In this document: positions 28,886 to 38,108 of the stretch, in pieces | Layout: each line of letters opens with the position of its first letter | Position numbering within the stretch: position 1 is the stretch's first letter | Virus record (IMG/VR): IMGVR_UViG_3300010413_002638 | Coordinates: 32,001-96,000 of that record | Reading direction: 5' to 3' (one strand) | Source of the DNA: a virus | Length of the DNA: 64,000 bases | Translations under genes and position numbers: made by a program | Notes under the pieces: model-generated | What the model saw: only the letters and a program-made list of their open reading frames with translations | What the model was told of the DNA's origin: nothing | Databases searched by the model: none

Positions 28886-29528
28886 TAGCCACTATTTCGT
28901 CGTTGATGTTGTACAATGACTGACTTCTAAACACTGTCTGGCACACTCGCTCGATCAACTCATTATCTAGGTCAGTCGTATCCGGGTAATTAGGCGTCGT
29001 TGGTTGTCTTCCCAAGCGGCGTATAAATCCTTCAAATATCGCTGCCGCGCTAGGCATATTAAAATTACAAGTTTGCCAAAATCTGCATAAGTAATTATAT
29101 AGCCTATTTCTGCCACCTTTCTTCAATAACCTGTCGAAGTTATCAACAATAGATTTTACGTGGATCTCTTCTATTTTGGCGGGATCGATCAACTCGATAA
29201 AGTAAGACCTGGCGTAATCGTTGGTGAGATCTGTTTGAAAGATCGTTCGCCTGGACTCTATTACGGCTTGGGTAATTAATTGGCGAACGTTTTCTGCTGA
29301 AAGCCCACATGATAACCCAACGGAAAACGCCTTACTCATATCGCGTAGGCCACGCAACGAATGCCTTTGATCGGTCTTTGCTTGCAACCAATTATCGAGA
29401 TTCGGCACCACCATCTTATGCAACGTATTATCAAATAGTTCTGGTAGATTCGCACTGTCGCGGAAATAAAATAGCTCTCCATCGATCTCGAAAACAGTCA
29501 CCGTTTTCTCAACATATCTAATAATCAT
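28863..29528 (-). CDS. hypothetical protein
   Basis: Long ORF upstream of dnaE-N; start uncertain. Confidence 0.6.
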   Translation of the reverse strand: MIIRYVEKTVTVFEIDGELFYFRDSANLPELFDNTLHKMVVPNLDNWLQAKTDQRHSLRGLRDMSKAFSVGLSCGLSAENVRQLITQAVIESRRTIFQTDLTNDYARSYFIELIDPAKIEEIHVKSIVDNFDRLLKKGGRNRLYNYLCRFWQTCNFNMPSAAAIFEGFIRRLGRQPTTPNYPDTTDLDNELIERVCQTVFRSQSLYNINDEIVANVRRIQS

Positions 29529-30486
29529 GTTATCTAACAATCGAAGAAGAGAAATAAGCGTCGTTGTCGTTTGCGGCGACCAATACCACGATTATCTCCG
29601 AACAGCTATAGACAGCATTCGAAGACAAACCATTCAGCCAGATGAGATAATAATAGTATACGACAACACCGAGCCAAGTATGACCTCCTACCCATATCTA
29701 CAAACACACAATGACAACCCTCTCGCCAGCCGCAGGGACGGATTTGCCGCTACCAGCAAAGAAACAGTCTTTTTCCTAGACGCCGACGACTATATCAGCG
29801 ATGATTATATCGGTTCTGGTCTGGCCCTCAAAACCGACAACAACATAGTCTACTCAGACGTCCGCCTCTTCGGAACAATGAACAAAACATTACGTTATTC
29901 ACCCAAATTCATGTCCCAAGAAAACTATCTGCATGTAGCCAGTCTCATCAGTCGCGACGCAATCGACATAGCAGACGCCTTCAACCCAATACCACCAGTC
30001 GATTGCCATGAAGACTGGGTATTCTGGCGGCGATTATTAAAAGCCGGATGCCCAACTATCAAACAACCTGGCATCCACTACCACCGAGAACATGAACACA
30101 ACCGTTCCAAGAAAATCGTGCAACACGAATTTCCCATAGCCAAGGGAATCTGGTGTGATACTATTGGCTTCGTTCGCGCGGACGGCCAAGAACACGAAGA
30201 GCAAGTCTTACAACAATGGCCACCAGAACAGAGAGAATTATACACCATAGATAACCCGGATATCAGAGCAATCAACAAAATCCTCCAGAGAACAAACGCT
30301 GACTATTTGTTATTCTATAGCACAAAAGACCTACAAATGATTAGAATGATGGCAGATCTAGACTACGGTGTGGCAATTGTCCAAGCCCGTGATTTACCAA
30401 TGTGGTATGGAACACTCATCGTCGTTGACCTACTCAAAGCTCAATCACCGTCTTACACGTTTAACGGCAAATCGATACTGGTCTAA
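29527..30486 (+). CDS. glycosyltransferase family 2
   Basis: ISVVV, SIRRQT..PDEIIIVYD, FLDADD, HEDW. Confidence 0.88.
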   Translation: MLSNNRRREISVVVVCGDQYHDYLRTAIDSIRRQTIQPDEIIIVYDNTEPSMTSYPYLQTHNDNPLASRRDGFAATSKETVFFLDADDYISDDYIGSGLALKTDNNIVYSDVRLFGTMNKTLRYSPKFMSQENYLHVASLISRDAIDIADAFNPIPPVDCHEDWVFWRRLLKAGCPTIKQPGIHYHREHEHNRSKKIVQHEFPIAKGIWCDTIGFVRADGQEHEEQVLQQWPPEQRELYTIDNPDIRAINKILQRTNADYLLFYSTKDLQMIRMMADLDYGVAIVQARDLPMWYGTLIVVDLLKAQSPSYTFNGKSILV

Positions 30487-31232
30487 TGGTAAACAAGATT
30501 TCCATATTGATGGCTATCTATAACTGTGCAGATTATCTGCCAGCGTCCATTGAAAGCATATTAGGCCAAACAGTAGGAGATTTCGAATTTATCATCATAG
30601 ACGACGGCTCAGACGAATCGGTAATGGAGATATTAGAATGGTACAACGACAGGCGTATCAAAATTATCAGAGTCGATGAGAATGTCGGCTTGACCCGTTG
30701 CCTAAACATCGCCTTAGACGTAGCTACTGGCAATATATTCGCACGTCATGACGGGGATGATATTGCATTACCAGACAGACTGGCAATAGAATTACCATTA
30801 CTTACTGGGCGTACCGGTCTAGTGAGCTGCTGGGCGGAGCCCATCAACGAAAATGGAGAGATAATCAAAGACGACTGGACAGAGCAAGAATTGCAAAGAG
30901 AAGCTGATGAAGTAGAAAAGTTGATGTCCCAAACAAACTGCGTGTTGGCCCCAGGAGCAATATTCACCAGAGAAGTGTTCGAACGAATAGGATATTTCGA
31001 TCCAGAAGTCAGATATGCACAAGATTATAATTACTGGTTGCGATTGATGAACGAGTTTACCATCAACATCGTGCCAGAGGTATTAGTGCAAAAGAGAGTC
31101 CATAAAGAATCAGTGTGGGGCCAAGAAGAAGAGCACGACCAAGATTGGCGACAAATAGCCAAAGACAGAGCCACAACAGATCCAACGATTTTTCAAGTAG
31201 AGCATCCCCCATTTCATTGGAGAAGGCATTGA
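30486..31232 (+). CDS. glycosyltransferase family 2
   Basis: ISILMAIYN, EFIIIDDGS, RHDGDD, AQDY. Confidence 0.92.
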   Translation: MVNKISILMAIYNCADYLPASIESILGQTVGDFEFIIIDDGSDESVMEILEWYNDRRIKIIRVDENVGLTRCLNIALDVATGNIFARHDGDDIALPDRLAIELPLLTGRTGLVSCWAEPINENGEIIKDDWTEQELQREADEVEKLMSQTNCVLAPGAIFTREVFERIGYFDPEVRYAQDYNYWLRLMNEFTINIVPEVLVQKRVHKESVWGQEEEHDQDWRQIAKDRATTDPTIFQVEHPPFHWRRH

Positions 31233-32422
31233 AACTTTCACATTACGTAGTTCGTACTTTTTCTGGTGAACAAGATATACTTTTTCATACAGTCACAAGA
31301 AAAGTGCTGCTAGCAGATGCCGATGAGAAAACATTGGCAGAGAATTTCTTTTATGCTGGCCAAGAGAAACAAGCTGTCCTGGCGAAACTCGCACAACCAC
31401 CGGATGGTTGGTTTCACTTTCATTTATCTCCGACCTGGGAATGCAACCTTCGCTGTACACATTGCATGGTACGACATAGACTCATCAAAGATGACACCAA
31501 TATTCTAGAGGTCGCACCAGTAATTCGTTTAGCACAACAAAGCAAACAACTATTCGACGTACGTCGAATGTCAGTGAACTTCTTCGGTGGCGAAAGCATG
31601 CTAGCCATCGATAAATGCAACGAAATCGTCGATGCGTTCAACGGGATTGATCTTGAACTGATGCACTTTCAGTTGTTCACGAACCTCACCATGGAACTAA
31701 CCGACAAGCATCTTGAATTCTTCCGGCAAGTCGATAGTATCGGCGTCAGCATAGACGGTCTGGAACAGATACACAATGCTCAGCGTATGCCGATTTCTCC
31801 CATGAATCCATTCGAAAAAACGATGCAAAATCTCAAAATATTGGTCAAGCAAGGCTGGAAAGAAAAAATCTCGATACAAGCCTGCCTAAGCGACCAACAT
31901 AATACACTAGATAATAGAGTTTCGTTCTACAGAACCATTCTGCAATTTGGCATTCGTCCACATAGGATTATGATTGGAACTATCGCTCCAACCAAGACCA
32001 ATCCCACACCAGGCGACCATTACAAAAAAGGATTGCATCAAGTCAAATTGACTGACGGATTCTGTTGTAAGTATAGATTAAATAATCTGGTCATCGACAA
32101 CACTGGGAATGTCTTCTCAGATTATTATTCATACACCAAAATAGGCACAGTGAATGATGACTTATTGATGCTATTGGGTGAAAAAGAAAAAATTACATTA
32201 GAAACAGCCCCGGCTCTAAATGATCCAAAATGTCAGAAATGCCCAGCACTAGGCTTTTGTTGGGGCGGTTGCTCTGTCACAGAAAATGATGCACCACTTA
32301 GTACATATTGTAACCAAGACGGCATCATAGCTGTTATTGAAGAGGCAGCCAAGCTCGGCCAATTTAAGTTAGGAAATGAAAATGGCCTCCCCATCGACAG
32401 CCAAACCCACTTATTTCACTGA
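31229..32422 (+). CDS. radical SAM/SPASM-domain protein, putative peptide maturase
   Basis: TTG start overlapping the upstream TGA; CNLRCTHC, FFGGE, FTN, VSIDG...HNAQR; SPASM CC...G....CQKCPALGFCWGGC...C; MKLSHY...ILFHTVT N-terminus as in peptide maturases. Confidence 0.88.
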   Translation: MKLSHYVVRTFSGEQDILFHTVTRKVLLADADEKTLAENFFYAGQEKQAVLAKLAQPPDGWFHFHLSPTWECNLRCTHCMVRHRLIKDDTNILEVAPVIRLAQQSKQLFDVRRMSVNFFGGESMLAIDKCNEIVDAFNGIDLELMHFQLFTNLTMELTDKHLEFFRQVDSIGVSIDGLEQIHNAQRMPISPMNPFEKTMQNLKILVKQGWKEKISIQACLSDQHNTLDNRVSFYRTILQFGIRPHRIMIGTIAPTKTNPTPGDHYKKGLHQVKLTDGFCCKYRLNNLVIDNTGNVFSDYYSYTKIGTVNDDLLMLLGEKEKITLETAPALNDPKCQKCPALGFCWGGCSVTENDAPLSTYCNQDGIIAVIEEAAKLGQFKLGNENGLPIDSQTHLFH

Positions 32423-32654
32423 ACAAGAGAGAAAAGAGCTTGGGCTTCCCGATGACCACGATATAGCCGTACTGTTAGACAGATGTAAGGCAAATGATTT
32501 ATCCCCATTTGCTGCCGCCACCAACTCGCTGGGATATGATGTAACCGGCGAGCCGTACTGTTATTGTGGTTTCTGCAAACCAGAGTCCGGGATCAACGGA
32601 ACCTGTAATGGCCCCTCGGCGTCTTTATCTGATACAATACCAATCCCACTCTAG
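32382..32654 (+). CDS. putative RiPP precursor peptide 1 (Cys-rich)
   Basis: AGGA RBS; 90 aa; core PYCYCGFCKPESGINGTC; directly follows the rSAM/SPASM gene. Confidence 0.7.
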   Translation: MASPSTAKPTYFTEQERKELGLPDDHDIAVLLDRCKANDLSPFAAATNSLGYDVTGEPYCYCGFCKPESGINGTCNGPSASLSDTIPIPL

Positions 32655-32662
32655 GAAAGAAA

Positions 32663-32938
32663 ATGACACAATCCCCTACAATCGGCAGGCCCACCTATTT
32701 CACTGAACAAGAGAGAAAAGAGCTTGGACTCCCTGACGACCAAGATATCGCCATAATGTTAGACAGATGCAAAGCAAAGGATTTGTCTCCCTTTGCCGCA
32801 GCTACTAATTCACTAGGGTATGACGTAACCGGCGAGCCATATTGTTATTGTGGCTTCTGCAAACCAGAATCTGGAATCAACGGAACCTGTGATGGTCCTT
32901 CGGCATCATTATCACATTCAGTAGCCGGGCCAGAATAA
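32663..32938 (+). CDS. putative RiPP precursor peptide 2 (paralog of peptide 1)
   Basis: AGGA RBS; 91 aa; near-identical protein with many synonymous DNA differences. Confidence 0.7.
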   Translation: MTQSPTIGRPTYFTEQERKELGLPDDQDIAIMLDRCKAKDLSPFAAATNSLGYDVTGEPYCYCGFCKPESGINGTCDGPSASLSHSVAGPE

Positions 32939-32950
32939 AAAGTACACCCT

Positions 32951-34078
32951 GTGATACATTCCTATCTGGAATATTATTCTCATCCGACAATCAAAAATGC
33001 CAAACGATTGTGGGAATCTATCAGAGAATATGACTATCACGAACCACTAGATGACCTAATCGCTGCTCGCAAAGTCATCAAGCCCAAACTACACTTAGCC
33101 GATCGCTACCTGTTCAGCAACGGAACAGTAGGCAAAACAAGAGCATACCTGATAGGACCGCACGCGGACTTCTGGATCAAACAAATAGAAGACTTCGTAA
33201 AATATCGAACCACCAGATATATCAATATCCTAGATCTATTATCCTTCAACCACCACAAAATAGCTCGAATGCCCGAGCCGATCACAGACGACTCATATTA
33301 TTATATTGCTGCAGCAGACTACCGCCAAATTGACAAATTCATACAGGAATTAGCAAGACTCGGTAATTACGGCTTCAACGCCGCGCCGAACACATGGTTA
33401 TATCTGCTCAGCCTACCGGCATTTCGAGAATTTCTATCATCCCGCCAGATAATATGCTTATCGACCGGCTGGGACGGATTCTATAAACAACCGCCAACCA
33501 ATATCCATATGAACGATAATATGGTAAATTGGACAACCGGGATGAATTTCTATACCTGCCAGTACGGAACCAGACACTACCTACAAACATTCGCAATCGC
33601 ACCAGAAGGCATCGTCAATCTGTTAAACCTGGCTTGCCAACCAGTCTTGCCAGTCGATGATCTCATGCAGATCTCTCCGGTAGTCAAACGTTGTCAGTGT
33701 GGAAGAAATTTTCGCGAAATCTCTTATTTTCCGCATTATATCTGGTTGCCCAAATCATCTGACGGTGAAATAATTTATGATCTACAGCTGGCCGACCACT
33801 TTAAAGCTTCTTATCTGAACTTACAATTTATTCAGATCGGCCAAACAATTGATGTCTTGTATATCTCTAACAGTAACAACGACCTGTTAGAACATGACCA
33901 AAACATCATCACCACATTTTTCGAAAGCCATGGATTGGAGACGGTGTTCAAACGTGATAAATATCGTAGTATCAATCGCAAGTACCATGTTTTTCTTAGA
34001 ATAGCAGCACCAACCACTTACAAATCCTGGAATCTGGTATGCACCAATTCGCAACCGTCATCACAGCCGACCATATAG
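32951..34078 (+). CDS. divergent adenylate-forming enzyme (phenylacetate-CoA ligase/CapK-like)
   Basis: FSNGTVGK (P-loop-like), LSTGW, FYTCQYG..H, LLN...DD, RCQCGR in the family's order. Confidence 0.55.
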   Translation: MIHSYLEYYSHPTIKNAKRLWESIREYDYHEPLDDLIAARKVIKPKLHLADRYLFSNGTVGKTRAYLIGPHADFWIKQIEDFVKYRTTRYINILDLLSFNHHKIARMPEPITDDSYYYIAAADYRQIDKFIQELARLGNYGFNAAPNTWLYLLSLPAFREFLSSRQIICLSTGWDGFYKQPPTNIHMNDNMVNWTTGMNFYTCQYGTRHYLQTFAIAPEGIVNLLNLACQPVLPVDDLMQISPVVKRCQCGRNFREISYFPHYIWLPKSSDGEIIYDLQLADHFKASYLNLQFIQIGQTIDVLYISNSNNDLLEHDQNIITTFFESHGLETVFKRDKYRSINRKYHVFLRIAAPTTYKSWNLVCTNSQPSSQPTI

Positions 34079-34923
34079 ACAAGACGTTGGTGCTTCTTGA
34101 ATCGCTCCGAACATTCAATGAAGCCGAATTACACGCACTAGTCATCGACTATAACCCGCGTATAATGGCCAGCGTCGATTTCGACCACTTGTACGTGCAT
34201 GATCTCCAAGAATTACTAGGAGATAGAGATCACGGCGTTGTTGCCAGAATCATCGCCAACAAATATGCAAACTTGCGCGACGAATTACGCTGGGCACTCA
34301 AAGCCCCATTCATCAAAAGTTTACGCACAGAACATCCAGAAATCTGCTACGTCGATTGCGACCTATGCTTTTATGCCGACTACCAATTTCTGATGGATAA
34401 ATTGGCTACCTCGGCTATCTTGCTCACGCCGCACTGGCGCGAAATAAACCCGATGACTATAGATTTCCGCTACAACTTCAAGCACGGAATCTATAATGCT
34501 GGCTTCGTCGGCTTCGGGAACGGGTGCGAAGAGATGCTCGATTGGTGGGAAGAAATGTGTGCTATCGAATGCACCAAATCCGATCGAGCCTTCACATACG
34601 TTGACCAACGATATTTGGATCTGGTACCAATCTATTTCAACAATGTCGAAATCATACAACACTTTGGTTGTAATGTCGCAGCCTGGAACACCTCTTATCT
34701 CAAACGTGAGGTGGTCGATGGAGAAACCTTAATCCAAGGCGAACCTATTATCTTTATCCATTACTCGCCAATCACCATCGATTATGTCGAGAATGGCAAA
34801 GATAACGCTCTGTATGATTACTACAACCATTATCGACTAGCACTGCGACAAACCCGCAAGAAGCTGGTAGGATTGGGCCTAAAAGACTGCACATCCAAAC
34901 CAGTCGAAGACCAAATATTGTAA
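34039..34923 (+). CDS. GT-A nucleotide-diphospho-sugar transferase
   Basis: ELRWALK, YVDCD, LTPH, GIYNAGF, DQRYLD, GCNVAAWN, FIHYS. Confidence 0.85.
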   Translation: MHQFATVITADHIDKTLVLLESLRTFNEAELHALVIDYNPRIMASVDFDHLYVHDLQELLGDRDHGVVARIIANKYANLRDELRWALKAPFIKSLRTEHPEICYVDCDLCFYADYQFLMDKLATSAILLTPHWREINPMTIDFRYNFKHGIYNAGFVGFGNGCEEMLDWWEEMCAIECTKSDRAFTYVDQRYLDLVPIYFNNVEIIQHFGCNVAAWNTSYLKREVVDGETLIQGEPIIFIHYSPITIDYVENGKDNALYDYYNHYRLALRQTRKKLVGLGLKDCTSKPVEDQIL

Positions 34924-35813
34924 TGAACCACTTTTCGACTGTTATAACAGCGAACCACCTCGACAAAACCCTCGTATTGCTGGATTCACTCAACGAATTC
35001 GGTGAAGCAACATTACATACCCTCGTTGTTGATGAAATCCCAAACATCCAATTCACCAATCTAATCATTTACAGCCTCAAAGACCTAGCAAAGAAACAAT
35101 TGGCCGCCAGAACACTGGCAATAAAACACGCAGAAGAACAAGATGAATTACGATGGGCACTAAAACCCACATTCATGCTACATCTAATGCAAGAATACAC
35201 CAAGCTCTGTCACGTAGACGCAGACATCTGCTTCTATGATGAATACCAATTTCTATTCGACGAATTGAACGATTATCCGGTAATCCTCACGCCGCACTGG
35301 CGTCAGATATATCAATATGGGCCAGATTATATCCATAATTTCAGCGACGGCTTGTACAACGCTGGGTTCATTGGGTTTAGCAGAACGGAACACAAGGGCT
35401 CGAATATGGTGTCAGGTATGAGAGCACTTCGATGGTGGTCGAAAATCTGTGCTAAAGAATGCACGCAATCATCCGAAAATCACACTTACACCGACCAACG
35501 ATACCTGGACCTATTCCCGATCTACTTCCGAGCTAAAGTATTGCGACATTATGGATGTAATGTGGCTGGTTGGAACGCTAGCTATCTACAACGAACCAAG
35601 GAAGACGAACACATCCTCGTTCGTGGCATGCCACTTATCTTCATCCACTTCTCTGAAATTACAGAACGCACCATCGCGGACGGTCTAGATGATTTATTAC
35701 GCGAGCCATACAGAAAATATCTAATCGCATTACAGAAAAAACGCCAGCAGTTGGCAAAAGCAAAACTCGGCATGTGTATTTCTAAACAACGATATCCTTC
35801 TCAGGCAATCTGA
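34923..35813 (+). CDS. GT-A nucleotide-diphospho-sugar transferase (paralog of the previous gene)
   Basis: ELRWALK, HVDAD, LTPH, GLYNAGF, DQRYLD, GCNVAGWN, FIHFS. Confidence 0.85.
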   Translation: MNHFSTVITANHLDKTLVLLDSLNEFGEATLHTLVVDEIPNIQFTNLIIYSLKDLAKKQLAARTLAIKHAEEQDELRWALKPTFMLHLMQEYTKLCHVDADICFYDEYQFLFDELNDYPVILTPHWRQIYQYGPDYIHNFSDGLYNAGFIGFSRTEHKGSNMVSGMRALRWWSKICAKECTQSSENHTYTDQRYLDLFPIYFRAKVLRHYGCNVAGWNASYLQRTKEDEHILVRGMPLIFIHFSEITERTIADGLDDLLREPYRKYLIALQKKRQQLAKAKLGMCISKQRYPSQAI

Positions 35814-37128
35814 AAGGGATTTTCTTCAAATAGTAGCTAGGCTTGTCGCGAAAAGCAGAAATAAATGCTGAAAACGACGACATTCCAGCAACAAAAACAT
35901 CAGCATCTATCATGCTTTTAGCTACCCTATATAATCGCGGATAGACCTGATCGCAAATTTTTACGTTTTCACCGACAAAATCACCCACTAGGTCATTCAC
36001 AGGGCCTTGCGTGTAATAAACGACATTCAATCGTTTGCCAGGATGGTCATCTCTCACACGATCCAACACCCTATCATACTCGCTCTTGGGAATGATTCTG
36101 CCACCATTATCATGTAGCCGACCACCACCACGCACATAGACAGCCACATTCAACACACCAGCCGTCGCCTCGAAATCAGACGCAAAAAAATTATAGAAAT
36201 TAGTCCGTTTAATAAGAGATTCCCACAACCGCAAATTCTTTTGATACAAACCCGGTAGTGTATCACCCTGCTGCTCAGCTTCGAACAATTGCTTGAAACC
36301 AAAAAACGTTGACCTCCTAAGAATAACGCTAGTTCCAGACGGAAGCCCCCGCAAATATTGTCTCGCCAACGTAAGTGGCATACCCCACCACTTCATCTTC
36401 TCATCTGGCGTGTAAATGTCGCAAGCTGGTTCCTCAATGCTGTGCTTATCGAAAAAATCCGCGAAATTGAAATAATAGTTAAACATCTCCTCGCCCCATT
36501 CATGCGGATAAAAGCCAGTATAATGATACCCAAGACCAAAAATATCCGCCAAAATAGGGCCACTCACAATATCATTAAATTGATGACCTATGCGGCCCCA
36601 TTCCGGGAGCATCGACAACCATATATTCCTAGGGTTCGTAACGGGTGGTAAAAACTCCAACAACTCCGACTCATCAATCACCCTTAACAGTTCGCCCTGG
36701 CGCTGCTCGAATTCTTGTTCATCAACACCCACCATCAGTCTTTTACTATTGGGGCGCTTCAAAACGATCATACCGGGTATGATAGTAACAGAATCGACTT
36801 CTTCCAGCCGCCTAATTTCTAGAATATCCCGCCATCTTTCGACGCACCTGATTATTAGCAAGCACCCATTATCATTTAAGCGCGAGATTGCTGCATGAAA
36901 GTTGTCCTGCACGACCACATCATTCAACAAAATAAGATCATACTTTCTGGCACAACTTGCAAAGAAACTAGAAGCAGAACCGCGAAAATTACCACCGGCT
37001 GTCGGATGAACACCAGTTTTATCTGTCAAACTTATCCGACTAAATATCGCATCGTCACACCCCAGCTCTAAATAGGACGAAAAAGAATATCTGTCGGCTA
37101 AAGAGTTCAATAGTTGGGTTATATTCAT
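35782..37128 (-). CDS. degenerate methyltransferase domain fused to a GT11/GT23-like (fucosyltransferase-type) domain
   Basis: YLELGC, YDLIL; GRIGHQ, VAVYVRGG, ADVFVAGMSSFS. Confidence 0.6.
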   Translation of the reverse strand: MNITQLLNSLADRYSFSSYLELGCDDAIFSRISLTDKTGVHPTAGGNFRGSASSFFASCARKYDLILLNDVVVQDNFHAAISRLNDNGCLLIIRCVERWRDILEIRRLEEVDSVTIIPGMIVLKRPNSKRLMVGVDEQEFEQRQGELLRVIDESELLEFLPPVTNPRNIWLSMLPEWGRIGHQFNDIVSGPILADIFGLGYHYTGFYPHEWGEEMFNYYFNFADFFDKHSIEEPACDIYTPDEKMKWWGMPLTLARQYLRGLPSGTSVILRRSTFFGFKQLFEAEQQGDTLPGLYQKNLRLWESLIKRTNFYNFFASDFEATAGVLNVAVYVRGGGRLHDNGGRIIPKSEYDRVLDRVRDDHPGKRLNVVYYTQGPVNDLVGDFVGENVKICDQVYPRLYRVAKSMIDADVFVAGMSSFSAFISAFRDKPSYYLKKIPFRLPEKDIVV

Positions 37129-38108
37129 AAGACACTTTTGATGATATCTGCGAATCTTTTTGCTAGATATTTTTTGTCGCGACCTTTCATTGCATTTTGG
37201 AAGGCCAGCACTCGCATTTCATCATATTCAGGATAATTGGCTAGTATGTCAGCTAATATTTTCTCCAAGTCCGAAAAATCAGTCTTACATACAACATACG
37301 GAATATCAGGCCAAGAAACGGCAAAAGAAGTATCTGGCTTAATTAGAACCGCTCCCACCAGAGCGGCCTCAAAATCTCGAAAACACGTAATATCATATCC
37401 CCAAGGAGATAAACATACCTTGCTTCGTGTCATTATATCGAAATATTCTTGAAAATCAACAAACGTATCGCTGGATGGTATGCGAACTCTAACATTATAT
37501 CTATCCCGCAAATCACAAACAGTATTCACCGCCACCTGGCGATGAAGGCGAGTTTCGGCATCTGGATAGAATTCGCCTATGTCGCCAAGCATCATAGATA
37601 TATCCAATTCCTTTTGTTGATCCAACACAAAAGGTAGTTTCTGATAAATGGGACGTTGGAAATGTTCCCAAGATATAAGATTAGCAAAAACATGTATCTT
37701 ATCAGAAAGATGACTCACGCGAGGCTGTCGCATTAACGTTGGTTCGCGATCAGCCATTATTGCAACATGCTTCTTATAGCAGTAAAATTCCTTATCATAG
37801 TCCAATGGATCTACGAATTTGGACGTCTTCATCATTGCCTTGACATTGTCGCGTATTAAGAATTCGCGTAGATTCCACCAATTGATCTCCGGACCCAAAT
37901 AGAGATCATGTAAAATAGTGGGTTTATCGTCGTCCAGCACGCGACGCACATAATCGACGTCCCGTGAGCCCTGAACTAATTTGATATCGCCTGGGCCGTC
38001 CGTAAAGATGATGCCCAGGGCACGTAATTCATCCTCTAGGCGTAGCCAGCATTGCAAATGAAAATTGAAATATCTAGCACAATTTGGTTTAATATCGAGC
38101 TTGATCAT
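37125..38108 (-). CDS. GT-B glycosyltransferase
   Basis: SKVCLSPWGYDITCFRDFEAALVGAVLIKPD. Confidence 0.75.
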   Translation of the reverse strand: MIKLDIKPNCARYFNFHLQCWLRLEDELRALGIIFTDGPGDIKLVQGSRDVDYVRRVLDDDKPTILHDLYLGPEINWWNLREFLIRDNVKAMMKTSKFVDPLDYDKEFYCYKKHVAIMADREPTLMRQPRVSHLSDKIHVFANLISWEHFQRPIYQKLPFVLDQQKELDISMMLGDIGEFYPDAETRLHRQVAVNTVCDLRDRYNVRVRIPSSDTFVDFQEYFDIMTRSKVCLSPWGYDITCFRDFEAALVGAVLIKPDTSFAVSWPDIPYVVCKTDFSDLEKILADILANYPEYDEMRVLAFQNAMKGRDKKYLAKRFADIIKSVL

